A stretch of 64,000 nt of DNA from Proteromonas lacertae (taxonomy: Eukaryota), in the NCBI GenBank assembly GCA_002245135.1, contig NGBS01000296.1, positions 1 to 64,000 of the forward strand. Reading direction: 5' to 3'. The notes under the pieces were generated by a model. It saw only the letters and a list, made by a program, of their open reading frames with translations. It did not search any database and was not told the DNA's origin. Each line of letters opens with the position of its first letter. The first letter of the stretch is position 1. A program made the translations under genes and the position numbers. Shown piece after piece: positions 9,301 through 22,941 of the stretch.

Positions 9301-12300
9301 TAATCAATATGTTTATATAAAATCATTGTTTTCAATAACTAAAAATTTTCATTATTTTGATGATTATTGTTTAACACTGTTAGAGGTTCATGAAGACAAT
9401 TATACCAATACAGATATTTATATTAGTTCATATTTAAGTATTTTAGTTTATGGTCAATCATTACTAAATAAAATATATCATCCACAGTTGGAATTAAGTC
9501 AAATATTACATGATGTATCAATTCCAATATCTGATTCATTTGAATCTAGGTTTTCATTACACAATAGACTTCATTTACCTACAATATTCTTTAAACCTTA
9601 TCCATATAAAGAAATTTTACATGTTTCAATTATTCATAATATACCAAAAATCGATGATAACACTTTAATATGTGATTGTTCAACAGAAATGAAGTGTTAT
9701 GAAACTGAAGTAATGAATATTGGTTTTTTATTTGATTCAGCTTATTTCCCAATAGAAACAAAGATTTTAATTATTTCATCAACTATAATATTGGATAATT
9801 ATTTGTTACAGGATGATTTGTTAAATCATGTGCATTATAAACCGTTCTATTATGATATGAAAGATAAAATATCAGTAAGTGATGTGATATATTTCTTTGT
9901 TTCAAATAATGTAAATCATATAATTGGTGGAATTAATCAAACTATTACAGATGAATTATTACTTTATACTGAAAGTAATAACATTCAAATTTGGTATACT
10001 GGTAATAGTTATGTATTAAAAGAATGTAATAAGAATATATTCAGATTTGTACAATCCATTATTCCTTTATTACCAATTTTGTTTCATGAAATCAATGCTA
10101 AAGATAAGAAATTTATGGTTATTACTGATGATAATGAACAATCTAAAAATGAGTATTTCAATTTGATGGAGAAATATGCGATAAAAGTTCAATTGGAAGT
10201 GTTGTTTTTAGAAATATCTAATGATGATAACCCAGATGTTGTATTTAATGAAATCATATCCAATTTACCGGATGGAGGAGTATTGCTATTAAATACAAAC
10301 CATGTTGATTTGATATTCTTGAAACTAATAGATGAATATATGAAAACATCAAATTCTGAGTTTTATTTTGATTATGTATTTCTATATCCAGAGTATTACT
10401 TTAATGGTATTAATGAAATAATTGATGAATTATCAAATGTAAAAACATTCTCATATTATAATAGCAATATTCATTCAGAGTATATGAGATTAATAACATC
10501 ATATTATGGTAATAATTATTTCATTACTCCAACAGAAGTGTTTGATGCAAATGCACTTTATACATTTTTACATCTATCAGATTGTTTGAAGAATGATATT
10601 AATCAGAATGTGGAGAAATACAGACAATCTATATTGAATTTCTCTTATCCATTACCAAGTGGTGAATTGACGATGGATAATGATTATTCATTTACTTATT
10701 CATTAACAGAGGTGAATTATATCGACGGAAAATATTCGTTTCATACTCAACAATTTGTTGATCCAAATATGTTATTTTTTGCATCAGCTGTTTGTGATTT
10801 TAGAGACATTAGATTACTTCAATCTAAAATACCAATTACATTGTATTTAATAGCGAATAGTAATATTGAATATTCAGATTATACAACTAGTTTATATCCA
10901 CTGTTTCATGAACTTAATAATGATAATATAATAGAATATTCATTCTTATTAACTCTATTATCATACGATAATGTGGATAAATTAAAGAATGTTATTCTTA
11001 ATAATCCGTTCAATACTATTTATATTGGAATATTAGCAAGTGAAGAAAAAGAAATAATTGAAGATGCTTTAGAAAGAAGTAATTCAATATTATTCAACTT
11101 AGCATTTACTGATCCAGGCACTTGTTCAAAAAGAATGATATCAATGAATAATTATTTAGATTAATATATTTTACCTATTTTATTACATATTACTAATGAA
11201 TGTGCAAGATTGACTATTTTGTTTTATAAAAATTCTAGTGAAAGTGTTTTAGCATCTGAATTCTTTAGAAATGAAATTGAACATTTGAATATATCTACTT
11301 ATTATTATATTAATATTGGAAGTATAGAGAGTATTACTCAATTTGTTACTGCTAATCAAAGACTAATAGCGGAACCAAATTGTATTGCAAACTTCTTGAA
11401 TGATGAATTTACAGTAAAGTTAATTGAAATATCAGGGAATATTTTGTCTTATCCTGTTACTTTATTCAGTTTTAACGTAAAGAATTATGATTTTCCATAT
11501 AATCAAATGATACAACATTATATAATGACAAATTACAATCCTTTTGATAAAGAGAGTGTGTTGATAAATGAGATTAAAAGTATACTGACAATTCCTGTTG
11601 ATGTTATAAATCCATCAATTGTTTATGCTTATATGACAGCTAATTATTTAATTGGAGTATATTCGAATTTGGATAGTGAATTAGATCTTTTGTATGATTA
11701 TAATATTTCCATTTTACATCCAAGTAATATATATGTACAAATAAATGAATTGAATTACTTAATTCAACCGTTTTATATCTTATATCATAATTCAAGTGGA
11801 TTTGATTTTATTGAGGATTTTTCAATTACTGAGAATTTAAATGTTTATCAATATTTAACTGTAGATGGTAGAATCTGTAAGTTTGATGATGATGTATATG
11901 ATAGTGTTGATGCTGTAGTATTTGGATATATATATAGTCTTGATGATATAAATGTGAAGAATAAAGACTATAACCTATTAATCAATGGAATTGTTTCTTT
12001 AATTCATTTGACTGATTATTACAAATTCAATAGAGATATAGGAGTAAAGTATTATTTATATAATGTTAGAAATGAAGAGGATTTATGCAATGATGCTTTT
12101 GAATATATGAAAGATAACAGAGTTGAGTATTTATTCACAATCAATGAGAATATGTGTAAAGATATTATTTTTGAAAGAATATCTGAAGATAGAGAAATGA
12201 TATACTTCTATACAGATTATTACTATGAAGAAATATGTAATAAACAAATATTTTTCACAGAATTGATTCCAAGTCAATATTTTAATTCAATAGTCAATTA

Positions 12301-15300
12301 TATTTCTGTAAATGATCATTTTGCATGGTTTTACTATATAATATATGATTCAAAGCATTCTAAATCCAGCAGTTTTAATGATTTGTTTCATCATATATTA
12401 GAGAATCATATGCCAACAATATATTTTGAATCGATAGATATTGCAGATAAATCAGAATATGAAATTGAAGATTTATTAACATATGTATATTATTTGTTTG
12501 GAGCAGTGATTATTGTAGTTGACAACACAAAATTAGATAGTGTTTTAAAGCCTTTAGCTGAAGAATATATTAGTTTTGATGAAAGTGTTCTTATGCCAAT
12601 TGTTTTTCCAATTGATCCATTTACCATTTCTGCATTAGATGCTTCAAAATATAGAGTATTTGTTTATTTTCCAACATCATATAAGATAAAGTCATTGGAT
12701 AAATTAGAGATAGTACTAAATCGTTATTCAATGAATATAACAGAGAGTATTTTTCTATTACCACCACTGTATAAAGCTCATGAAATAATATTCGATGTAT
12801 TAAATAATATTAAAACAAAAGGTGTTCACAATAAGGAATTATTTTTACAATATGCACATTCAAATACAATTCAAACATTTTCAAAAAATATTCAAATTAG
12901 TAGTAATAACATACTTAAAACTACAATTGATTTGAATTATTATGAAAAAGATTATCGAATAGAATTAGGTTATTCATATATATTATATAATTATCCAGTA
13001 TCTCCATCAGAAATAGAATGTGGTTATAGTTTAGTTGGTGGTAAAAAGAAAATGAATTTAAAAGTGTATTGTGTTGTTGATATGTTAAAGCCATCTTACT
13101 CAGTGTTGAGATTTGCAGAATTACTGTTCAATTGTATAAATAGAGATATGAACGAAACAATTTTACTTTCACCAGTGTTTAAGTTAGTTTCATCATCAGA
13201 TGAATGTAATGATATAATGGATGGATATGTAAAAACAAATGATTATGATTTAATGATATTTGTATCACTGGAAATGAAATTATGTGGAGATTATTTTAGT
13301 GAATCATTTTCTACAGATAAACCAATTTTCTTATTAACCAACAAGGCAAATACTTATTGCACTCCAAATGTATATGTAAATGGATTATTTCCTGAATCTT
13401 ACATTACACCAATAATCGAGTATTTGTATATGTATAGAAGGAATACTACAATTATATTGTTTATAAATCCAAAATATAAACAATATTACAGTTTTTTACT
13501 TGAATTTGATAATCATTATTATATTGACATTTCTTATATTAGTGTAAGTGATGATTATAGGAATTTAACCAAATTTGTAAATGATAAGATAAATAATGAT
13601 GCAGATACTATTTTCACAGTTATATATGAACAAAATAAAGCTGTTGCACAAGAAACAGTGTTTTTAGGATTGAAAATGAATAAGAAATCATTGTTTATTT
13701 CTTGCATTAATAAGAAAATCAATTTTCAATATGTAAATGAAATAGGAATCAATAGTATTTATACTAATAAGAAGAAGAATGATGATGATAATCAAATAAT
13801 CAAATTCTTTTACACTTTAGTGGATGATGTTTATGTTGACACAGATACTGATATTTCGATTGTTGAATTTTCTGTTCCATTAATGTTTTCAACAATTTTA
13901 TTCATTAAGAAAGCAATTGAAAAAGCCAATAGCATAGATTATGCAGCTTATAAACCTTATTTATATGATACAACGATAGAAACAATAGAGGGAATGGTAG
14001 AATTAAAAGCTAATAATCATTTCAAAAAGAGAGTATTGATTAACTCAAAACTTTTCCCAGAAATGGAAATTCCATTTTATTATGATAATATTTATTTTAA
14101 TAACAACACTCTATCAAGATGTAATCTAAAAGATGATGGAATTGGAGTATTCAATTTAATTCCTGTATATATTGGTTTTTTCTTTCAAGCAAATTATAGT
14201 GAGACGATGCCAATGGTAAGTACATTATTGTATAGATTATACTCATTACAGCAAACATCAGAATTTTTAAAAGAGTATGTAATAACTCCAGTCTTTGGTG
14301 AATATGATATTGAGAAAGACTATGCAAAGCAGTATGAAAATTATGTTGAAGAGAATAAAGGTGGGTTGTCTGTTGTTTTTATAACAATTCCATTTAATGC
14401 AAGTAAGACGAATGTAAAAGAAATAGCTGATAGATATAAGATAGTAATATTTAACTTAGACTATTCTTTCAATATTGATTCATTTTATTTTATTAATGGA
14501 GGTTTATCAATGAATATTTATTGTTCATATTTGTACAAATACTCTTTAACTAAATCAGATTATATTTATATTGTTGGAGATGAAGATAGTTATCAATTAT
14601 TCTCCAGTCTGTTTGAAATATTGAATGGATCTAGAATAAGTTATGAAAAGTTATATTTACCAGAAATAGAAAAGAATTACACATTATTATCAAATGAATT
14701 GAAGAAATGTTATGAGTATTCACAATCTCGAAATTGTTCATTCATTACATTATTATCATATACAGATGGTTATGAAATGCATAAATATTTGAAAGATTCA
14801 GGACCATATGATAATATCACATTTTATATACTCAATGGTAAGAAAATGTTTGGTCCAGAAGATTATACAATATTGGATGGCTATAATTATATTTCTACAT
14901 ATTTCGACACATTGAATAATACAAATTATACATTTTTAAATTCTCAAATGAATGAGTTTAATGAATATACATCTTTTAGATTCTTCAATTTGAATATTAT
15001 TTGTCACTATATAGAAATTGCCTATTCATTAGCTGGAGTATGGGTTGAATTGGTTAATAAAACAGCATCAATTGAACCATCTGTTGTTTTAGATGCTTTA
15101 TATTATCATGAATATTCATCTCCATCAGGACTATTGTATATTAGTGATAAGAATTTCATTGAAAGAAGATTATACTTAGGTATTATTAGTGAAAAGACAA
15201 ATCTGATAGAAGTACAAGAATATACAATGATGTTATCTCCGCCGTTATATGAATATACAAACTATGATAATCCAGTATATATAGGAATGATATTAGATTA

Positions 15301-17425
15301 TGATTCTACTTGTAAAGAATTATCAAAAATAATACATTTAACACTGAATGAATTGATGTTTGATGATAATGCTGATGGTAAACAATTCCTAGCAAAGACA
15401 TTTATTTTAGATCATACAGATAATGATATAAGTGTAGTGAAAAAGGTTATGGCAGATGATAGTATTAACTTCATATTTGGTTGTACATCTCTTCATTGTA
15501 AAGATTTAGTCATTTCACAGATTAAAGGAAGGAAAGATAAATTGTTCTTTAGTTTTGCTGATATTGTAGAAAAACAGTTGTGTTATAAGAATGTTATTTC
15601 TTCTTCATTTCCATTGAATCATGCTGTTAATATTACACTGAATTATCTAGATATTATAAAAATGTCAAGAATAATGGTATTATATGAAGATGAAGGTCAG
15701 AATGATTTTATTAGTGAAATAAAGAAAGAGACAAATGATACAACTCCTTATTTTAAACTATATTTTTATGAAAAGAATGATACCTATTCAATGGAAGATT
15801 ATTTTAACAATTTTTATGATGATTTGAGATATTTGAATTCCAGTACAATCATAATAAATCTGTTAAAAGCACATAATCTTAAAGATTTCCTTACTATTTA
15901 TATTAAGAATACTGTATCTATTACAAAATACAGTCATTTGTTGTACTATTATGATTATTATCATATTGGTGCAGAATTGACAAGTAAATTGACGAATTTC
16001 ATATTATTATCTTCATATAGTGGTGATTCACGAGATATGTCCGTGTTTCTATTTGAACAATATATTCAAAACCGTTTAGGATCAGGAGTTGTAGTATCAG
16101 AGACAATAGCTAAATGTGACTGTCTGTACAAATTGTTTGTTTCTTCATATTTAGAAGCGATTAGAGTGATACAGAATGATGGTATTGAATTCACAGGAGA
16201 GAATATAGTTGCTTATACTCAAATAATGTCACAATCAGCATCATTAACTTGTGCATTAGGTCATGTAGAAGGTTCAGAGACAAATACAATAAGTCATCAA
16301 ATTTATTTAAGTGAAATTAGTCAAACCAAAAACTTGATTAAGATATATCCAGATTTAAGTAGAGTAATAGAAGCTTATAAAGATGATGATGAAAAATGTT
16401 ACAATGGTCCAACAATAAAGACATTTGAATATCCAAATTCAGCATTGATAATTACATGGCTTATTTTTGGTATTTATACATTTATTTATATTACACTAAT
16501 AATACTGTTAATAATAAACAAAAAAAAACATGTAGTGAAAAGATCAAGTTTAATTATTCTTATATATGAAGTTATCTCATCATTTCTATTGTTAGTAGCA
16601 GCAACAGTAAAGAACTTTAATCAAACAAGTAATTCAATATGTATGTTTTATGATTCATTTTTAATTGCAACAATTATAAATGCAATGTTGACAATAGTAT
16701 TAAAATCATGGAGAATTCATATGATTTATAATAATAGTAGAATGAAGAAAGTGAGAATATCAAGTGTAAGAATAATTATCATATCTTTATCTGTTACATT
16801 TCTTTGGGTTGTTTATACAATTATTAGTGGTTTGATATATAGAACAGGTTATAATAAAGTTACATATTCATCAGAATATAGCACAAGAATTGAGTTTGTT
16901 TATATCAATACTTGTGAATTCCATATGATTTATAGTTTATTAGAATTAATAATTTTATATATAATTGCTGCATTTGGTGTTTATTTTTCATGGACAACTC
17001 GTAAGACTGATGATGCTTATAATGAATCAAAAGCATTAGCAACTTCAGTATTCTTTTTAAGTGTTATTATATTGGCATATTATTGTGTATATATGATGAT
17101 TGTTTATAAACCAAGTGAAAGATTGATATTTGATGTTTTAGTTTTGGGATTTTCTGGTTTGTTATGTAGTTGTTTAATGATTATACCAAAGATATATAAG
17201 ATATATTATGATACTAGCAAAACTATTAATTGTTTCAAATGTTTGACAATTACTAAGATATTCCCAACTTCTGTTAATACAAGTAGTTCTACAGGGACTG
17301 GTTCGGGAAGTAGTGATGATAAGAAGAAAGAAATTGAATTTTCGAGAATTGAGGAGAATGTTGTTTCTAGTAATTGTATAACTAATGAGAATGATTATAG
17401 TAATAAGAATAATATAATAAATTAA
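6319..17425 (+). CDS. Giant class C (GABA-B-like) GPCR with about nine tandem UrtA/AmiC-like periplasmic-binding domains; one in-frame TAA at 11162-11164 (possible pseudogene)
   Basis: Signal peptide; four short GT-AG introns (near 6653, 7114, 7553, 7732) join the ORFs in frame. ORFs 8021 and 11210 share a frame. PBP motifs such as FLGGKTSKERK, FIFGCTSLHCK and SSPSGLLYISDKNF. 7TM hallmarks LKSWRIHMIY, YNESKAL and IIPKIY. Confidence 0.8.
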
Positions 17426-17610
17426 GGTTTTATGTTTTCTTTTGTTTTTTTAGTATGTGGTTTTCGAAAATTGTTGAGAGTTTATTTTGGCTTAAATTTC
17501 TTTTTTCTTTTTTGATTGAATGGGAAGTTATTTTTCTTCGATATTACCAGATTATACTGTATTATGATTATATATATACAATAGTATGTCAGTGAATTTG
17601 GTGAAGGAGT
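17069..17610 (+). repeat. Source copy of a 542-bp inverted duplication (GPCR tail, intergenic DNA and kinase start)
   Basis: Reverse complement of 42767-43308, with about four substitutions seen by eye. Confidence 0.95.
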
Positions 17611-18183
17611 GAAAAGTGTAGTTTATGAAATGAAGAACAAGAAGAATGATAAAACTAAATTATTAAAAGCAATGATAATAACTAAAACAAAGAAAGAATT
17701 TATTGATAGATATTTAAACAAGATTAGCAAAATTAGTGAAATGGATAGCAAATACTTAATAAAATACTATATTCCAAACATTAGTTGTGAATATGTACTA
17801 TTAATAATGAATAAATATGCAGATAACTTGACTATCATTTTAAATTCAGAAGAACTGCTTGAGACAATCAATACATATTTGTTATTGAGAAATATATGTG
17901 AGGGAGTAAAGCAACTACATGATAATGGATTATATCATGGAAATATAAAACCGAGTAACATATTATTTGATGAATAAAATGATTTATATTTAGGAGAATA
18001 TTTAAGTGCTGAAATATTATTGAATAAAGAAATAAAAATCCATTTGATGGTGAAAGCATTAGTGAAATAATGAATAAGATATTGAATTACAAATATGAAT
18101 TAATTAAAGGTGAATATAGTGAAGAATTGAATAATTTATTATCAAGAATATTAATAAATGATATATATTGGAGTAGATGGTAA
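17520..18183 (+). pseudogene. Degenerate Ser/Thr (NEK-like) protein kinase
   Basis: MGSYFSSILPDYT, a 26-nt intron, then YVSEFGEGVKSVVY...LHDNGLYHGNIKPSNILFDE*NDLYLG. Stop at 17975-17977, most of the activation segment missing, then a frameshifted PFDGESISEIMNKI...YSEELNNLL. Confidence 0.75.
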
Positions 18184-18361
18184 GTAAATGTTTATTTAGT
18201 ATTTTAAGATATATTTGGATAAAATAGTATACAATATGAATAATGTTTACTATAAGAATGATATAATCACAAAATTATAGAATAATTTCTAGTTTTAATA
18301 TCCTACCCTTAAACAATATATATATTATTAAAAATATTTATATAAGCAGATAATTATTAGT

Positions 18362-21049
18362 TTAACTATTACAAGCTCGACATCTTTGAGCAAATTCTAA
18401 AGAAGACATACTCTCACCATAATTATATTGAGATGGACTTATCATCACAAACATCAATACTTTACCATCACCGCTTAGACTCTCTTGTAATACTCGAGTC
18501 AATTTTGAATTTCTATATGGAACATGCTTTGCTTTGTCAGCAAATGCATTGATTACATCACCTAATGCACTTAAGGATTTGTTTATATCTTTGGCTTCTT
18601 TCAATCGATCAGCTTCAGCATGAGTTTTATAAGCTCTTTCACTTCCAGCTAAATCAACTAAATTCAATCGAGTAACTACCAATTCTTTACTTTCTCGATT
18701 TATTCCAGATAATGTTACTGTCATGATTAAATGAGAACGAGATGATTTATCATTTAATTTATGAAATCCTACAACTCTTCGATCTGTTGCTTCTTTCATC
18801 GCCATTACAACTTCTGCAAAACTATTTGCATCTCTTTCAACCAAACCTTCTAAAAATACATTATTATGACGATCAGTTTTCATATTTACTTTATAAGCTA
18901 AGTCATCATCACTTTGTAATAAATCTCGAAGAGTTTCATTATAGATTTCAAGTACAGATACCTTCATACTATATAACCATTCAGATCGAATAGAGATTGC
19001 TCGAAATAATGAATTTAATGCTTGGAAATTTACACCATAATTATCTTCAGTTCCTAACATAGTATATGTCTTACCACTTCCAGTTTGACCATAGGCAAAT
19101 ATACAAACATCATGACCTTTTAATGATTCTTTAATAAATGGATCGCATTGCTCATATACATCAGTTTGACTAGCATCCATATCAAATACATGATCAAATT
19201 GAAATATATGAGCTTCTTGATTATTCTTACATAATTGAATTTCATGTTCATTTAAAACTGTTGTTGTTAGATTTTCATTTGCTTCACCAAGATCATTTTC
19301 ATAATTCAATAATGGTCTAACTCTACAGAATACTCGAATATTTTCTCTTTGTTTTACTTTACCACTTCTACGACCAGCTAGTTTACTTGCTGTTTCTATC
19401 TCTCGTTTCTTTTGAACTAAATTGAAATCTTCACTCTTCTCTTTCAATTGAGAATCTAATTCGAATATTTTACGAGTTAATTCTTGTCTTTGAGTATTTA
19501 GTCCTTCCATCTTATTGGTTAATTCCTGTTCTTGTTCACTTCGACTATTCTTTATTTCATATATTTGTTTCTGTAAACTTAATATTGATTTATTCTTCAC
19601 ACTTAATTCTTTCAAATATTTATCATCAATTTCTCTCATATCTTCTTCATATTTATGTTCTAACTCAGCTATTTGTTGAATTAAATTTGCATTATCTTCA
19701 GCTAATTCTCTTTTTCTTTGAGTTACTTCTGGTCTTTCATAGGCATTTGGTGGTGCAAAGAAGAATGGAGTTGTTGATCGAGGATCTTCCCATTGTGAAT
19801 TTAAATCATCTTGATTAATGAAATAAAAGAAACCTTCTACTGTACGATAAGTATAATACATTACCCATCTTCCTGTATCTGGATTTTCAATCTAATTTAA
19901 TAATAATAATAATAAAATATATATTAATATAAATACAGCAAATACTGCACATGGATTTGGATAATCTGTAAATGTATATCTTTTCCAACTTAAATTTTCA
20001 TTATCTGTTTTAATTGTTTGTTGTTGTTTTCTTGCTATTTTAAAATATATATAAATGATATATATATAAATATATACGTGGAACAACACAAGACATATCA
20101 GTAAATACATTATTTGTATCAGTATTTTGATATGTTTCATTTGCATTACTTTTAATCTGAAAAGACATTATCAACTCTGCACAACTATTGAATTTACTAT
20201 TCACAGCAATATCATAAGCACTTTCACCTTTAGTATTTCTAATATTAACATCAGCATGATATAATAACAATGCATTTACTATCACTTCTTTATTGAATAG
20301 AGTAGCTAAATGTAAAGCAGTATTTCCATTTTCATCTATGAAATTGATATAATCTTTTACACCAAATGTTAATAAGTGAATAACTACTGCATATTGACCT
20401 TCAGCTGCTGCTGTATGAAGTGGTGTTCTTTTCTTATTATCAACATTACATATATTTGCACCATATCTCATTATTAGCTTTAAACATTCCAAATGACCTC
20501 TTTGTGAACAATAATGTGTTAAATAGAAACCAAGTTTGTCTGGTCTGTTTAATATACTTCCTAATGTTTCAGTTGGAAATGCACTTTGAATTAAATATTG
20601 AACACAAGCTGTATGACCATTCATTATTGCTAACTATTATGGGATTTATATATAATAATATAAAATATACTTGTAGAGCAGAATATCCATGATCAGCTCT
20701 TCTTGGATCACAATCAGCTCCTAAAGATACACATAATTGTAATAAATCTATGTATCCTTTCTCTGCTGCGATAAGTACAGCAGTATATCCTGTGTTTGGT
20801 TCTACCATATCAACGGAAGTACCATTTTTAAATAATTCCTTGATTTCTGCAACCCTGTATTAAACAATAAATATCATAATATTATACCAGTTTCCTCTAC
20901 AAAACTCAAACAGGTTAGATGGTATTTTTTCTAGGTTTGCTATTGATTGATTTGGTTTTCTCTTTGCCATTTTCTTATCATTGGCATGGAAATCTAACGA
21001 GGCATTAGAATTATCCTATTTTGCATAAAATAAGTAAGTAAAATACCAT
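18362..21049 (-). CDS. Kinesin-14 (C-terminal motor) with N-terminal ankyrin repeats, WW domain and coiled coil
   Basis: NIRVFCRVRP, AYGQTGSGKTYTM, SSRSH, LVDLAGSER, HVPYRNSKLT; ankyrin motifs TPLHTAA and GNTALHLA; WW-like W...EGFFYFIN...SQWEDPR. Exons join through short GT-AG introns; the first exon is probably only the ATG (21047-21049). Confidence 0.85.
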
Positions 21050-21206
21050 AAAAAAAAGATTTGTTACGTTGTTATCAAACTATCAAGCCTAAGAAACGAG
21101 TATTTTTTTGGAATTGTGAATTTTTTGGAATTGTGGATGAACCACTATGATAATAGACAAAATACATATTCCAAACAACTTGTTATAAATTATTTATTGT
21201 AACTAC

Positions 21207-22094
21207 TTAATTTTCAGATATTAAAACGTTAAACTCGTCATTTCGAGATTTACAGTATCGTTTGTGCATATGATAACCACGCTGTTCAAAGAAATTATAG
21301 AAATCATCTTCTCGTTTGTTTATCATCGCCAAATATTCACATCTCAACTCCATATAGAAGTGTCTTATCAGTTTTCGTTTCAGAGTATTAGATGCACCTA
21401 ATAATACTTCATATTCATATCCTTCTACATCTAAACAAGCTAAATGGATTTTGGTCTTAATTTTAGATAAAATCTTATCTAAAGTAGATATTTTGATAGG
21501 ATATTCTATAAATCCTTTTAGATCTTTTAATAATGAAGCTCCACCCCAGTTTCCTGGTAAAACTTTCATCACTGAACTCTTTTCACTATTTCCAACTCCA
21601 TAAGGGAATAAAATTACATTATTCAACATTTGAGGGTTAGCAAGTAATGATTTCGTATATAAATTTAGATTTCCAGGTAAAGGTTCAATAGAAATAGTCT
21701 TTACACCTCTGTCAAGAAGATCCATAGAACATATTCCAATATTAGCTCCAATATCTAAGAAATAATCATTACGTCCTTTTCCTGGTAAAGAATCCCAGTA
21801 TTTTATCAAAGCTTTACAATCCCACCAATCACCTGAACCTCTTACTGCATCACTGATAATGTCATTAGGCCTTACATATACTTTGAAACGACTGGGAGTA
21901 CTTGAGTGAGCTGCATAGCTGTTTCCTCCAAATTGTTCATACAAAGGAGCCCTTTTATCCCATGGTGTTATATCAAATCCTTTATTCCAGAATAATCGTC
22001 TTCTATATGTTTTTGGCTTTCTTCTTGGTTGTGCAATAAGTAATGCAAGAGTAAAACAAATAGAAATAGCAGATATAGTAAATAAAATGTTCAT
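21207..22094 (-). CDS. FkbM-family methyltransferase with N-terminal signal/anchor
   Basis: FLDIGANIG, SIEPLPGN, LDVEGYEYEVLLGA; intronless. Confidence 0.9.
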   Translation of the reverse strand: MNILFTISAISICFTLALLIAQPRRKPKTYRRRLFWNKGFDITPWDKRAPLYEQFGGNSYAAHSSTPSRFKVYVRPNDIISDAVRGSGDWWDCKALIKYWDSLPGKGRNDYFLDIGANIGICSMDLLDRGVKTISIEPLPGNLNLYTKSLLANPQMLNNVILFPYGVGNSEKSSVMKVLPGNWGGASLLKDLKGFIEYPIKISTLDKILSKIKTKIHLACLDVEGYEYEVLLGASNTLKRKLIRHFYMELRCEYLAMINKREDDFYNFFEQRGYHMHKRYCKSRNDEFNVLISEN

Positions 22095-22212
22095 TAGGAT
22101 GTACTACAGTAAAATCACCTTTTATCTATTTGTATGTATGAATATGTTGGTAAGTTGAAAATATTAATTCTAAAACGAATATATTTTTTGAATTACATTT
22201 GTTTTTTTCTTA

Positions 22213-22755
22213 ATGTATAACGGCGTGGGTCTAGCAACTCCTAGAGGTAGTGGTACAAGTGGATATGTCCAGAAGAATGCAGGGTTTGTTGATCCAAGCA
22301 AAGTGAGAAGATTAGTTGGATTTGATCCTGTTCCAGATGCACCACCTCCTAAAAAACATGCAATAAATAAAGAAATAGCTGATCACAACAGAAAAAGAGA
22401 AATAGAAGTGAAAGTAATCGAATATGAAGATGAACTTACAGAGAAAGGGTATAACTATTATTATTATATTTTAAGATTATCAAATGAAGAAATTCAAGAA
22501 AAAATAAAACAATATAGAGAGACATTATTGAAAAAACTTGAAACTGAACCATCAAAACCAGATAAAGATGTTGAAAAGAAATGGCATAGAGAGAAAAGCA
22601 GAAGTAGGAGTAGAAGCAGAAGTAGAAGTAATGATCAAAAGAAAAGTCATAGCTCTCATAGACGTAGTCGTAAGCATCATCATCATCACCATCACAAACA
22701 TAGAAAAGATTCATCATCTTCTCCTTCTTCTTCATCCAGTAGAGATAGTAAATAA
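22213..22755 (+). CDS. CWC21: Pre-mRNA splicing factor Cwc21/cwf21 (SRRM2 N-terminal domain) with RS tail
   Basis: MYNGVGLATPRGSGTSGYVQKN, HNRKREIEVK; probable in-frame 27-nt intron near 22449-22475. Confidence 0.92.
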   Translation: MYNGVGLATPRGSGTSGYVQKNAGFVDPSKVRRLVGFDPVPDAPPPKKHAINKEIADHNRKREIEVKVIEYEDELTEKGYNYYYYILRLSNEEIQEKIKQYRETLLKKLETEPSKPDKDVEKKWHREKSRSRSRSRSRSNDQKKSHSSHRRSRKHHHHHHHKHRKDSSSSPSSSSSRDSK

Positions 22756-22941
22756 TTATTCATCTTTTGTAATTTTTGTTATTAGTATAGTTTATAATCA
22801 ACATCTTACACCAACACTATTGATTTTATAATTCAGCATGATTGCTGATGGTGAAAATATGAGTTTCAAAATATATATTCGTTTTAAAACAGGTTTCAGA
22901 AAAATACTGATTAAAAACCGTTACATAAAAGTTGATTTTGA

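Noticed and set aside
11162..17977. TAA reassignment to an amino acid (in-frame TAA at 11162 and 17975)
   Set aside because: TAA terminates many intact genes, the 10-kb dynein ORF has no internal TAA, and the kinase has other lesions.
21104..21135. 15-bp direct repeat TTTTTTGGAATTGTG upstream of the kinesin gene
   Set aside because: Only two adjacent copies, consistent with a slippage duplication; no CRISPR-like spacers or other support.
22171..22886. 22-bp inverted repeat flanking cwf21 as TIRs of a gene-capturing transposon
   Set aside because: No target-site duplication is visible, and similar motifs precede several other genes, so a promoter element is more parsimonious.
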